Shown: positions 9,084 to 18,475 of the stretch, in pieces
How positions within the stretch are numbered: the first letter of the stretch is position 1
Layout of the letters: each line of letters starts with the position of its first letter
DNA from: an uncultured archaeon
Lineage (GTDB): Archaea > Micrarchaeota > Micrarchaeia > Micrarchaeales > CABMGC01
Direction of reading: 5' to 3'
NCBI GenBank assembly: GCA_963830445.1
Contig: CAWHMC010000013.1
Coordinates: forward strand, 96,785-160,784
Length of the DNA stretch: 64,000 nucleotides
Translations under genes and position numbers: made by a program
The notes under the pieces: model-generated
The model's input: the letters and a program-made list of their open reading frames with translations, nothing else
Databases searched by the model: none
Told to the model about the DNA's origin: nothing

Positions 9084-11354
9084 ATGCTTTCGGTAGAAGA
9101 GGTCCTGGGGGAGATCATGCGCGCCGGAGAGGGGCCGGCGGGAGCCGAGGCACTCATAGACGGTTTCGGGACGCGGCTGAAGAGCGCGCTGAAGGCGGAT
9201 GAGGTGCGCGCCGTAGACCTTTACCGCAAGGGAGGCAAGGCCAACGTGGCCGAGGAGTTCGTGCTAAACACGGGAAAACCGTATCTCGACAACAGCCTGA
9301 GCGACTACTCCGCCCTGCCGGAGCTCATAAACTACTTCAAGGGCGGCTACCGCAGCTGCATGATGATACCTATACGCTCGGAGAAGGCGATGTTCGGCAT
9401 CGTGACGCTGCTCTCCAAGACCGACTCGTTCTTCAAGCAGGAGGATTTCACCAGGGCCAGCTTCCTGGGTGGCGTGGTCTCGCACGAGTGCGCCTCCATG
9501 AAGGAGAAGGCGCAGAACGTCAGCGTGACGCGCTACTTCGACGCGGCGTTCGACAGCGTGATGCCCCAGTGCATCATAGACCGGAAGGGCACGATACATA
9601 AACGCGAACCGGCGCTTCGCCAGCATCGTTGAGACCTCGGGCACGGCGGAGAAGGAGAGCCTCGCCCGGTTCTTCAGCATCGACGAGAAGCAGATGGGGG
9701 AGCTGTGGGCTGGCAAGCCCGCGGACGTGGCCAGGAAGGACAACATGCGCGTGTTCAGGCTGTACCCCAGGGCGGTGGAGGAGGGCCGGATGTACGTGCT
9801 GCTCTACGAGCTCACCGAACTGGTGGTGCTCAACGAAAGGGAGCGATTCTTCGACTACGGGACCGAGGAGGCCTTCCTGATGATGGACGCGAAGACGCGC
9901 ATCTACTGGGTGAGCAAGAACGTGGCGGCCGTGTTCCGGGTCGAGTCGGATTACCTCCTGGGAAAGAGACTCTTGGATATCGTCAAGACGCGCGAGTCCC
10001 TGGCACCGTTGGAGAAGCTCACCGCCGGTACGCACTCTGCGGACGTAGAGATAAAGCTGGACAACGACCTCTCCATCAACGGCAAGGCCACCGCATTCCG
10101 CAATGGCGACGGCTTTGCGGTCATACTCTCCAAGAACAATGACAAGTACATAAGGAGCATACGGAGGAACCTTGACGACATGCTGCGCCTCTCGGGCGAC
10201 CTGATAATAACCGTGGACAACCTGGGCTACATACGCGGCACGAACAGGAGCATAGAGAAGGTCCTGAAGTACAAGGGGGAGGAGCTCGGAGGGCTCTCCA
10301 TCGCCGCCATCTGCGCCGACACGGAGAGCCAGACGCGGGTGAGCAACGGGCTTAACATGGCGAAGAGCAGCGGCATAGTGACCGACCTCTTTGTCAGGTT
10401 CATCACCAAGGGAAGCACGGATGTGGTGCCATCGCAGCAGAGCATACGCACGCTCTACGACGATGCGAACCGGGTCTCGGGATACATGTTCGTGGGGAAG
10501 GAGCTGGCCACGGCCCAGCGGCTTGAGGTGGCGGAGGAGGAGGCGCGCAGGAACGAGAAGGAGGCGAGCAGGTACAGGGACGAGAGCGAGCGCAAGACCG
10601 ACTTCATCAACAGCATCTCGCACGACCTCAAGACCCCCATCACAAGCATCTCGGGCTTCGCCAAGCTGATGATGGAGGGACGCGAGTTCGGGGAGCTGAA
10701 TGAGGAGCAGCGCAGCACCCTGAAGATAATAATCGACGAATCGAAACGGCTCACGGAGCTGATCGAGAAGATACTTGATGTGGCTAAGCTCGAGGCGAAC
10801 AAGATAAAGATGGACTGGCAGGAGGTGAACATGAACACCCTGGAGGAGAACGCGGGCATCATGTCGCTCAAGGAGCTGGCGAAGGGCAAGGGCCTGGAGC
10901 TCACATTCAAGGTGGAGTACGACGTCCCGGAGATCCAGGCGATCCTAACCGCCTGATACAGGTGTTCGTGAACCTCATCGGCAACGCCATTAAGTTCACC
11001 GAGCACGGAGGCATCTACGTGCACGTCACGCGCAACGGGAAGAAGAGCAAGCAGATACGCATCGGGGTGAAGGACACGGGCCTGGGGATCAGCAAGGAGG
11101 ACAAGGCGAAGCTGTTCAAGAAGTTCTTCCAGATAAACAAGGAGGAGCAGAGGCGCGGAGGAGGGTCCGGCACCGGCCTGGGACTTACCATAGCGAAGGA
11201 GATCGTGCGGCTGCACGGCGGCAAGATAAGCATAGATTCCGAGGGCCAGGGCAAGGGAAGCGAGTTCTGGTTCACGTTGCCCATAACCCAGGTGCAGAAG
11301 AAGAAGAAAGCGGAGGCGCAGCCTCAGCCGGAGAAGCAGGAGGAGGAAGGCTAA
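9084..11354 (+). CDS. Cytoplasmic GAF/PAS sensor histidine kinase, with two apparent frameshifts (~9600, ~10940)
   Basis: GAF-like N-terminus (SCMMIPI..FGIVTL), PAS repeats, H-box SISHDLKTPITSI, N-box NLIGNAIKFT, G1 VKDTGLGI, G2 GTGLGL spread over ORFs 9084-9632, 9694-10956 and 10962-11354. Confidence 0.9.
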
Positions 11355-11357
11355 TCA

Positions 11358-12452
11358 TCAGGAGATGAGCGCGGAGCAGGGGTTCTGTATCGCGGCCTGG
11401 CTCTTGTATCCGTTGTCTATGTCTGTATAGTTCTCTCCGGTGAATAGGCCGGCGAACTTCACGTTCGTCACCACTCCGCTAGAGCTCATGTTGTAGACTA
11501 TCACGGTTCCGCTCGTGGATGGAGCGGGCGTGGTAACCGCATACTTAACCACATAGGAAGTGGAGGAGAGTGCCGTTATCGTGCTATTGTACGAAGTCGG
11601 GGTCATTAGGGTAACGTTGAAGTAATCCAGCGGGGGAACCGGGGACTGGCCACCAAGGTAAGCCTTGAACGTCTGGTTGTAGATCGAAGGCGTGCAGGCG
11701 CTGGCCTTCTTGTAGAGCACGTTCAGATTATTCATGAGTGCGCCAAGGTAGGTCGAGTTGGCTGCGCTTATTATTGCAGCGGGAACCTGCGTCTGGGCGA
11801 CGGTGGTGGTCGCGGTTGAGGTAACTGTGGAGCTGCCTGATGATGAGATTGTCGTAGTTGGAGCGGTAGTTGTTGAAACGGTCGTGGCGGCGGCAGTCTG
11901 GGAGCCGCTAACCGGCAGCGGGCTCGGGTTTATCACCACCGCATAGGAGCTTGAGGGGATGCTCAGGCCCAGCGGAATCGGGGTAAGCTGCACTTTCACG
12001 GCGGTGCTGTTGCTCGTGACTATCCTCACGTTGATGTTAGCGTTGCCCGTTCCGGCGGTGCTGATGTTGTAGGCCGCTCCGGTGTAGCCCGTTATGCTGA
12101 GGATCGGGTTGGCCAGTATGGGGAAGGCGCTGACGTACAGAGTGGCCGAGACCGCCGTGGCGTTCCTGACGAAGAGCGTATACACGCGGCTGCTGTTCTG
12201 GACCATGAAGTTCGTGCTGCTGCCCTGTCCGATAACGAATGAAGTGGCGGAGGTTATTGCGGGTGCGCCGTTCGCGGAGAAGGCGACCACCCCGATGGCT
12301 ATGAACAGGAGCACCAGTATTCCGATGAGCAGCTTGTAGTGGTTCCTGCTGCGACGATGGAGGGAGTGTGGCGCTAGGCCAGGACGCACGGCTCTGCGCC
12401 TTGACCTATTGAACGCCTCCTCAACGTCCGAACTGTTTTCATTAATCGCCAT
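11358..12452 (-). CDS. Single-pass membrane-anchored Ser/Thr-rich surface protein
   Basis: Basic N-tail, TM LLIGILVLLFIAIGVVAF, Thr-rich linker, many N-x-S/T sequons; start at MAINENSS. Confidence 0.7.
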   Translation of the reverse strand: MAINENSSDVEEAFNRSRRRAVRPGLAPHSLHRRSRNHYKLLIGILVLLFIAIGVVAFSANGAPAITSATSFVIGQGSSTNFMVQNSSRVYTLFVRNATAVSATLYVSAFPILANPILSITGYTGAAYNISTAGTGNANINVRIVTSNSTAVKVQLTPIPLGLSIPSSSYAVVINPSPLPVSGSQTAAATTVSTTTAPTTTISSSGSSTVTSTATTTVAQTQVPAAIISAANSTYLGALMNNLNVLYKKASACTPSIYNQTFKAYLGGQSPVPPLDYFNVTLMTPTSYNSTITALSSTSYVVKYAVTTPAPSTSGTVIVYNMSSSGVVTNVKFAGLFTGENYTDIDNGYKSQAAIQNPCSALIS

Positions 12453-12605
12453 GGTAAGCATATAGAATAAAGGACTTAAAAACATTGCGTTTGACGCGCG
12501 CCCGGGTGGAGATCGGCAAAAAGAGCCGCAGCGTATATTGTTGTGTTGCCCGCGGCTCAAAAGGCATATTATATTTTGCGTTCCTACAGGAAGTAGGCGA
12601 TCATC

Positions 12606-13817
12606 ATGAAAAGTCTGGAGGACGCAGAGTCCGATATCATCTCCGCTCTGAACGAGAGGCAGGAGGTCACATACAACGAGTTGAAGGCTTTTGCTCAGTC
12701 GAGCGGGATAGACGAGGAGCTGCTCGGGCGCAGCCTCAGGGAACTGGAGCGGGCGAACGCGATAGCCTCCCGCAGCAGCGGCGGCATACCCACCTATTAC
12801 ATGCTCCAGGAGAAGCAGGTGCTGCGCAGGATCATGATAGTGGAGGATGAGAAGAATATCAACAAGCTCATGGCACTCTCCATAGGGAAGGAGTTCGACA
12901 TAACCCAGATCTACGACGGAACTGAAGCGCTGCGCAGGATAAAGTTTGAGAAGCCGGACCTGGTGGTCCTGGACCTGATGCTGCCCGGCGTGGACGGACT
13001 GGAGATCTGCCAGCAAATAAAGCGCAACAGCAACCTCCGCGACACGATAGTCATAATCGTGAGCGCGATGGACGCGACGTCAAACCGCTTCAAGGGCATA
13101 AAGTATGGAGCCGATTACTACATAAAGAAACCGTTTGAGCCGGGCGAGCTGCGCAGCCTGGTCACCATCTTCCTGAAGAAGAAGGGCAAGAAGTTTGACC
13201 CGTTGATCGACCTGCCGAACGAGGACAAGATCTCCGACGCGGTGGAGAAGGCGCTGAAGGCGAAGGAGAAGGACTACGAGATAGGCAGGATACGCGTCGA
13301 CGGGCTTGCGGGCCTTGCCGAGAAGTTCGGCAACCAGTCCGGCATAACGATCCTGCGGCTGGTCTCGCAGCTGCTGCAGGACAAGGTGAAGGAATCGGGC
13401 AGCGACCTGTTTGTGGGCTTCCTCAACGGCGACGACTTCGTCATCGCCGGAGAGCGCAGGAGCGTGAACAAGGTTGCGGCGAACATCCAATCGGAGTTCA
13501 CGGCGGTGCTGCCGTTCATCTACCAGAGCGAGGGGTACAAGCCCATCGAGCTGGGTATCGACGACATTTACGGTGCAGATAAGCCCAGACTGAGCTTGGT
13601 GTATAATACCATCGAGCGCAGCTTCATCGCGGAGAGACGCGCGGAGGTCCTCAAGGACAAGGAGAAGGGACCCGAGAAGGACATCGGCGCCTATACCTAC
13701 GAGGAGCTTCGCCACATGCTGGGCAGCGATGGTCTCGACATCACCATAACGCGGGATCCTGACGACGGAGTAAGGCTGTCCGTCGGAAAGGGCAGCGGCG
13801 GAGGGAAAGAGGAATGA
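12606..13817 (+). CDS. Response regulator: N-terminal winged HTH + receiver + degenerate GGDEF-like domain
   Basis: REC motifs IVEDE, LDLMLPGVDG, KPF intact; DPLIDLPN and GFLNGDDF resemble GGDEF landmarks. Confidence 0.85.
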   Translation: MKSLEDAESDIISALNERQEVTYNELKAFAQSSGIDEELLGRSLRELERANAIASRSSGGIPTYYMLQEKQVLRRIMIVEDEKNINKLMALSIGKEFDITQIYDGTEALRRIKFEKPDLVVLDLMLPGVDGLEICQQIKRNSNLRDTIVIIVSAMDATSNRFKGIKYGADYYIKKPFEPGELRSLVTIFLKKKGKKFDPLIDLPNEDKISDAVEKALKAKEKDYEIGRIRVDGLAGLAEKFGNQSGITILRLVSQLLQDKVKESGSDLFVGFLNGDDFVIAGERRSVNKVAANIQSEFTAVLPFIYQSEGYKPIELGIDDIYGADKPRLSLVYNTIERSFIAERRAEVLKDKEKGPEKDIGAYTYEELRHMLGSDGLDITITRDPDDGVRLSVGKGSGGGKEE

Positions 13818-14134
13818 AGAAGAAGCGCGCCGGAGCTGGCGGCTTTGTAAAAGATGGCCTGCGGAGATGGAATAAGAAGGCCATCCTTGGACTGGCACTG
13901 CTACTGGTATCGTTCCTGATGGGCGCTGTGCTGAAGAGCTCTGCCCAGATAGCCACCTCTCCACATCCGAGAGGATTCTCAGGCGCCTGCGATACGTACC
14001 TCACCTGGCTCTGCATCCCCACCTATTACTTCACAATCCAGATAGACGCTTCCGACTGGCTGGTGGTGAATGCGACCTCGTTTCTCACCAGTCTCGTACT
14101 TTTCATATTGGGAATTAAGTTCGTAAGAGAATGA
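13814..14134 (+). CDS. Small two-TM membrane protein, overlapping the regulator stop codon
   Basis: ATGA overlap; two hydrophobic segments. Confidence 0.6.
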   Translation: MKKKRAGAGGFVKDGLRRWNKKAILGLALLLVSFLMGAVLKSSAQIATSPHPRGFSGACDTYLTWLCIPTYYFTIQIDASDWLVVNATSFLTSLVLFILGIKFVRE

Positions 14135-14167
14135 GTTGCGTGCGCCCTGCTGCGGAATTAGAATTGT

Positions 14168-14479
14168 TCAGCGGCGGCGCTTCTTCTTTCCAGATGCGGA
14201 TCCCAGCTTCACGTGTCGCTTTGGATGTGGGGATCGTCTAACAATCCGCCGCGCGTGCCCGGTACGGGCCAGGTGGAGCGATCTTCGCTCCGTAGAATCA
14301 GGCTCTAGAAGGTCACCGATGTGCTGCTCTCCGATGGGCCTGTCGTCTCCGCTGCTCTGCAGCGCCTCGCTCTCTATGGTACTGCGCTTTAGCAGTTCGT
14401 TGATCTGCTGCGAACGTATCAGTGCCTGTAGCTTGCTGGCGTTCTTCGAGCGTCCTGCACGGCTTGCTTTCTTTGGCAT
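14168..14479 (-). CDS. Small basic (Lys/Arg-rich) hypothetical protein
   Basis: ATG start downstream of an AT-rich promoter-like spacer; fills the intergenic gap. Confidence 0.45.
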   Translation of the reverse strand: MPKKASRAGRSKNASKLQALIRSQQINELLKRSTIESEALQSSGDDRPIGEQHIGDLLEPDSTERRSLHLARTGHARRIVRRSPHPKRHVKLGSASGKKKRRR

Positions 14480-14571
14480 GTTACTCAGTTCTTCCCTTCT
14501 AATGGGTATGTATAAAAATAAGAATATTTATAAGTATTGTATAGACGTAAGCTTTCCAGATACTGCTTATT

Positions 14572-17256
14572 TTGTCGCGGGTGACCATAGTGATAGAATT
14601 TTGCAAGGAGCCGTTCAGTGTCGAGGAGAGCCTGGGAAGCCTCAACCCGTTCATCCGCAAGTGGTTTCAGGGCAAGTACAAGGGGCTCACCCCGCCCCAG
14701 AGATACTCCTTCAAACTGATAAAAGAGGAGAACAACCTGCTCATAACCGCACCCACAGGCAGCGGCAAGACGTTCTCGGCGTTCACGGGGATCCTGAGCC
14801 ACCTTATGGACCTCTCGGTGGAGGGCAATCTCGAGGACAAGATATACTGCATCTATGTCTCCCCGTTGCGGGCCCTCAACAACGACATACACCGGAACCT
14901 GAATGAGCCCATGGAGGAGATCTTCTCGAAGATCGCCATACCGTTGAAGAGGATAACGGTGGGCATACGCACGGGTGACACGCTGCAGAAGGACCGCGCC
15001 AGGATGCTGCGCAGACCTCCCAACATTCTCATAACTACGCCAGAGAGCCTGGCGATACTTCTGAACTCGCCCAGGTTCATGGAGCACATGAAGGACGTAC
15101 GCTATATCGTTATAGATGAGCTTCACGAGCTCGCCAACAACAAGCGCGGCGTGCACCTGGCACTCTCACTCGAGCGGCTGCGCGACATGATGGGCAAGGA
15201 CGCGATACGGATAGGATTGGGAGCTACGCTGAATCCGCTGGAGGAGGCGGCACGTTTCCTGGTGGGCAGGAAGGACGAGCGGACGGAGCGCGACTGCAAG
15301 ATCGTCGACGCGACCTGGGACAAGAAGATGGAGTTCTCGGTCATGAGCCCCGCGAAGGACATGGTCAATGAGAAAGACGACGTCATAGAGGACTCCATAT
15401 ACAAGAATATAGACGACATAATAAAGGCGAACAAGACCACGCTTATCTTTACCAACACGCGCAGCGGGACCGAGCGCGTGGTGTACAACCTGATGAAGCG
15501 GTTCAACTACGGCGAGGAGCATATCGCCGCGCACCACGGCTCGCTCTCGAGGGAGACCAGGCTGGGTGTGGAGGAGCTGTTAAAGAAGGGGAAGCTGAAG
15601 GTCGCGGTCTCTTCCACCAGCCTGGAGCTGGGGATAGACATCGGCACCATAGACAACGTGGTGCAGATAGGCTCGCCGAAGAGCGTCGCGAGGGCGGTGC
15701 AGCGATTCGGGAGGAGCGGCCACAACTTCAACGACATAGCGAGAGGAGAGGCGATCGTCACGAACAGGGACGACCTGGTCGAGTGCGCAGTGATGCTGGA
15801 TGCGGCGAGGAAGCACCATATCGACTCCTTCCATGTTCCCATGAACGCGCTGGATGTGCTTGCGCAGCACCTGGTGGGCATGTCCCAAAACAAGAGATGG
15901 GACGTGGATGACGCCTACAATGTGGTGCGGAAGGCGCACCCCTACCACAGCCTCGACAAGATGGATTTCATCTCGTTGCTAGAGTACCTCTCCGGGATGT
16001 ACGTGGGCCTGGAGAGCAGGAGGGTGTACGCCAAGATATGGTATGACGAGAAGGAGAAGGCTTTCGGGAGGAGGGGCAAGCTCACGCGACTGATATACTT
16101 CATGAATATCGGGACCATACCCGATGAAGTGGCGATCAACGTTCTCACCAAGGATAACAAGTGGATCGGGAGCATACAGGAGGAGTTCTTGTCGCGCCTC
16201 AAGCCCGGCGACATATTCGCGCTGGGCGGGAAGACCCTCAGATTCGAGTACGCAAGAGTTATGCAGTGCTTCGTCACTCCTGCGCCCGGTCAGGTGCCTA
16301 CCATACCCCCCTGGTACTCGGAGCAGCTGCCGCTGACCTACGAGCTGGCTCTCGGAATCGGGAGGTTCAGGGAGCAGATGGCCAACGCGATGGAGAAGGG
16401 CAAGCTGAAGAAGAGCGCGCTGGCGGGCATCACTAAGCACACGTTGAAGCCGAACCGGGAGAGCCTCGCCGTGCTGGACGCGATGCCCATGGACGAGAAT
16501 GCAAAGAGCTCGATCTTCATCTACTTCGCCGAACAGCTGCTCTACACGGGCATGATACCCAACGACAGGAGCATCATGATAGAGAAGAGCGTCGATCAGG
16601 AAGCGGAGAGGAGCCTAGTAATCTTCCATACGCTCTACGGGCGACGGATAAACGACGCGCTCTCACGCCTGTTTGCCATACGGCTGGGTGATGAGACCTC
16701 ATCAGACGTTGCGGTGAGCATCAACGACAATGGCTTCGTGCTGGCAGTCCCGTACTCAAAGAATCCGAAGAAGACGTATCTGGAACAGATGGTGCAGGAG
16801 GTCGTGGAGATGGACGCGTTCCGCACGCTGAAGACCAACATAAGGAGGACGGAGATGATGAAGCGCAGGTTCCGCTACAACGCGGCGCGCAGCTTCATGA
16901 TCCTGAGGAACTACAAAGGGATAAAGATAAGCGTGAGAAAGCAACACATCAACGCGCAGGCGATACTGAAGGCGGCGGAGGAGATAAACATCAACTTCCC
17001 GATAATAAAGGAGACCTACCGCGAGATCTTCGAGGACGTGATGGACCTGCCCCACGCCGTGGAGATACTCAAGAGGATAGGGAGCGGAGAGATAAAGTAC
17101 AAGATAATAGAGACCGACGTCCCGTCGCCGTTCTCCCACCTGATGGTGACCACCGGCACTTCTGACGTTGTCATGATGAAAGACCGCAGGGCGCACATAC
17201 GGGAGCTCAGGAAGCAGGTGCTCCTGAAGATCAAGGGCGGGAAACTGAAGCTGTGA
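14572..17256 (+). CDS. lhr: ATP-dependent helicase Lhr (Lhr-core)
   Basis: APTGSGKT, YVSPLRALNNDI, ITTPESL, DELH, HHGSLS, SLELGIDIG, QRFGRSGH, IGTIPD. Confidence 0.95.
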   Translation: MSRVTIVIEFCKEPFSVEESLGSLNPFIRKWFQGKYKGLTPPQRYSFKLIKEENNLLITAPTGSGKTFSAFTGILSHLMDLSVEGNLEDKIYCIYVSPLRALNNDIHRNLNEPMEEIFSKIAIPLKRITVGIRTGDTLQKDRARMLRRPPNILITTPESLAILLNSPRFMEHMKDVRYIVIDELHELANNKRGVHLALSLERLRDMMGKDAIRIGLGATLNPLEEAARFLVGRKDERTERDCKIVDATWDKKMEFSVMSPAKDMVNEKDDVIEDSIYKNIDDIIKANKTTLIFTNTRSGTERVVYNLMKRFNYGEEHIAAHHGSLSRETRLGVEELLKKGKLKVAVSSTSLELGIDIGTIDNVVQIGSPKSVARAVQRFGRSGHNFNDIARGEAIVTNRDDLVECAVMLDAARKHHIDSFHVPMNALDVLAQHLVGMSQNKRWDVDDAYNVVRKAHPYHSLDKMDFISLLEYLSGMYVGLESRRVYAKIWYDEKEKAFGRRGKLTRLIYFMNIGTIPDEVAINVLTKDNKWIGSIQEEFLSRLKPGDIFALGGKTLRFEYARVMQCFVTPAPGQVPTIPPWYSEQLPLTYELALGIGRFREQMANAMEKGKLKKSALAGITKHTLKPNRESLAVLDAMPMDENAKSSIFIYFAEQLLYTGMIPNDRSIMIEKSVDQEAERSLVIFHTLYGRRINDALSRLFAIRLGDETSSDVAVSINDNGFVLAVPYSKNPKKTYLEQMVQEVVEMDAFRTLKTNIRRTEMMKRRFRYNAARSFMILRNYKGIKISVRKQHINAQAILKAAEEININFPIIKETYREIFEDVMDLPHAVEILKRIGSGEIKYKIIETDVPSPFSHLMVTTGTSDVVMMKDRRAHIRELRKQVLLKIKGGKLKL

Positions 17257-17260
17257 TAGG

Positions 17261-18004
17261 ATGAGACTCGCAGCAGGGATTGAGGCGCTGGAGGGCGTCC
17301 CGATATTATACCTCAAGAAGCTCAACGCGATAGTCTGCTCTGACCTGCATCTCGGCTACGAGGGAGTGATGGCAGATCAGGGTACCTTCCTCCCGAAGGC
17401 AAATCTGAAAACCATAAAATCTGTCATTGGTGCAGCCGTGAAGAAGACGAGCGCCGGCACCATCATAATCGATGGCGACATAAAGAACGAGTTCTCGAAG
17501 GTGCATCTGGAGGAGATGAACGAGTTCCTTGAGCTCATCAAGTTCCTGCAGGAGGAGATGAAGCTCAAGAGGATAATAATCGTGAAGGGCAACCATGACA
17601 ACTTCATAAACAGAGTTGTCGGAAGCGGGAAGGTGGAGGTGTACGAGCAGGAGGCGGAGGTCGGCGGCTTCATTTTCTTTCATGGGGAGGAACTGCCGCG
17701 CGAGAAGGGGCAGGTATTGGTAATGGGTCACGTGCACCCCTCCGTCTCGCTCCAGAACATGATCGGCGTCCGTGAGAAGCTGAAGTGCTTCCTCTACGGC
17801 ACCATGAAAGACAAGCGCAGGCTCATCGTTCTGCCGGCGATGAGCTACTTCGCAGAGGGCATGAGCGTGAACCTGGAGGACGTGGCACGTATGGCGCCGA
17901 TATTCAGGAGCAGGGCCGATATTAATAAAATGGAGGTGCTATGCATAGGTAATGATGAGACGCTGCGTTTCGGAAGCGTTGGCGAGCTAAGAGCGATAAG
18001 TTGA
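17261..18004 (+). CDS. Metallophosphoesterase (Lhr-associated MPE type)
   Basis: SDLHLG, DGDIK, KGNHD, FHGE, MGHVHP. Confidence 0.9.
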   Translation: MRLAAGIEALEGVPILYLKKLNAIVCSDLHLGYEGVMADQGTFLPKANLKTIKSVIGAAVKKTSAGTIIIDGDIKNEFSKVHLEEMNEFLELIKFLQEEMKLKRIIIVKGNHDNFINRVVGSGKVEVYEQEAEVGGFIFFHGEELPREKGQVLVMGHVHPSVSLQNMIGVREKLKCFLYGTMKDKRRLIVLPAMSYFAEGMSVNLEDVARMAPIFRSRADINKMEVLCIGNDETLRFGSVGELRAIS

Positions 18005-18013
18005 GAGGATTTT

Positions 18014-18442
18014 TTGATAATAAACGTTTATACGGACGGCGCATCGCGCAACAACCCGGGAGAGAGTGCATCCGGCTATGCGCTATTCGACGCTGAGCAC
18101 AAGCAGCTCTACGAGTACGCTTTCTACAACGGCGTTAGGACGAACAACGAAGCGGAATACCTCGCCGTTATCTCGGCGCTGGCCAAGGTGGCTGAACTCT
18201 ACGGCTACGACAACGAAGTGCATGCCTTCTCTGACAGCGTTCTCATAGTGCAGCAGCTCAGCGGCAAGTACAAGACCAAGGAGAAGAACCTGCGCGAGCT
18301 GAAGGAGAAGGCGCTGGAGTACGTGAAGCGCTTCAAGGCATTCACCATCAAGAGCCTTCCCCGGGAGAACGAGTACATAACACAGGTGGATGGAAAGCTT
18401 AACGAGCTTCTGGACGAGCATGCGGGCGCTGCTAAACTATAA
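18014..18442 (+). CDS. rnhA: Ribonuclease HI (archaeal type)
   Basis: YTDGASRNNPG, TNNEAEY, SDS, PRENE. Confidence 0.92.
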   Translation: MIINVYTDGASRNNPGESASGYALFDAEHKQLYEYAFYNGVRTNNEAEYLAVISALAKVAELYGYDNEVHAFSDSVLIVQQLSGKYKTKEKNLRELKEKALEYVKRFKAFTIKSLPRENEYITQVDGKLNELLDEHAGAAKL

Positions 18443-18475
18443 ATATATAGAGGATAAGAATCAAAATGTGAAGGT

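Noticed and set aside
12453-13016. 552-aa version of the minus-strand ORF 11358-13016
   Set aside because: The extension is antisense to the response regulator; the plausible start is 12452.
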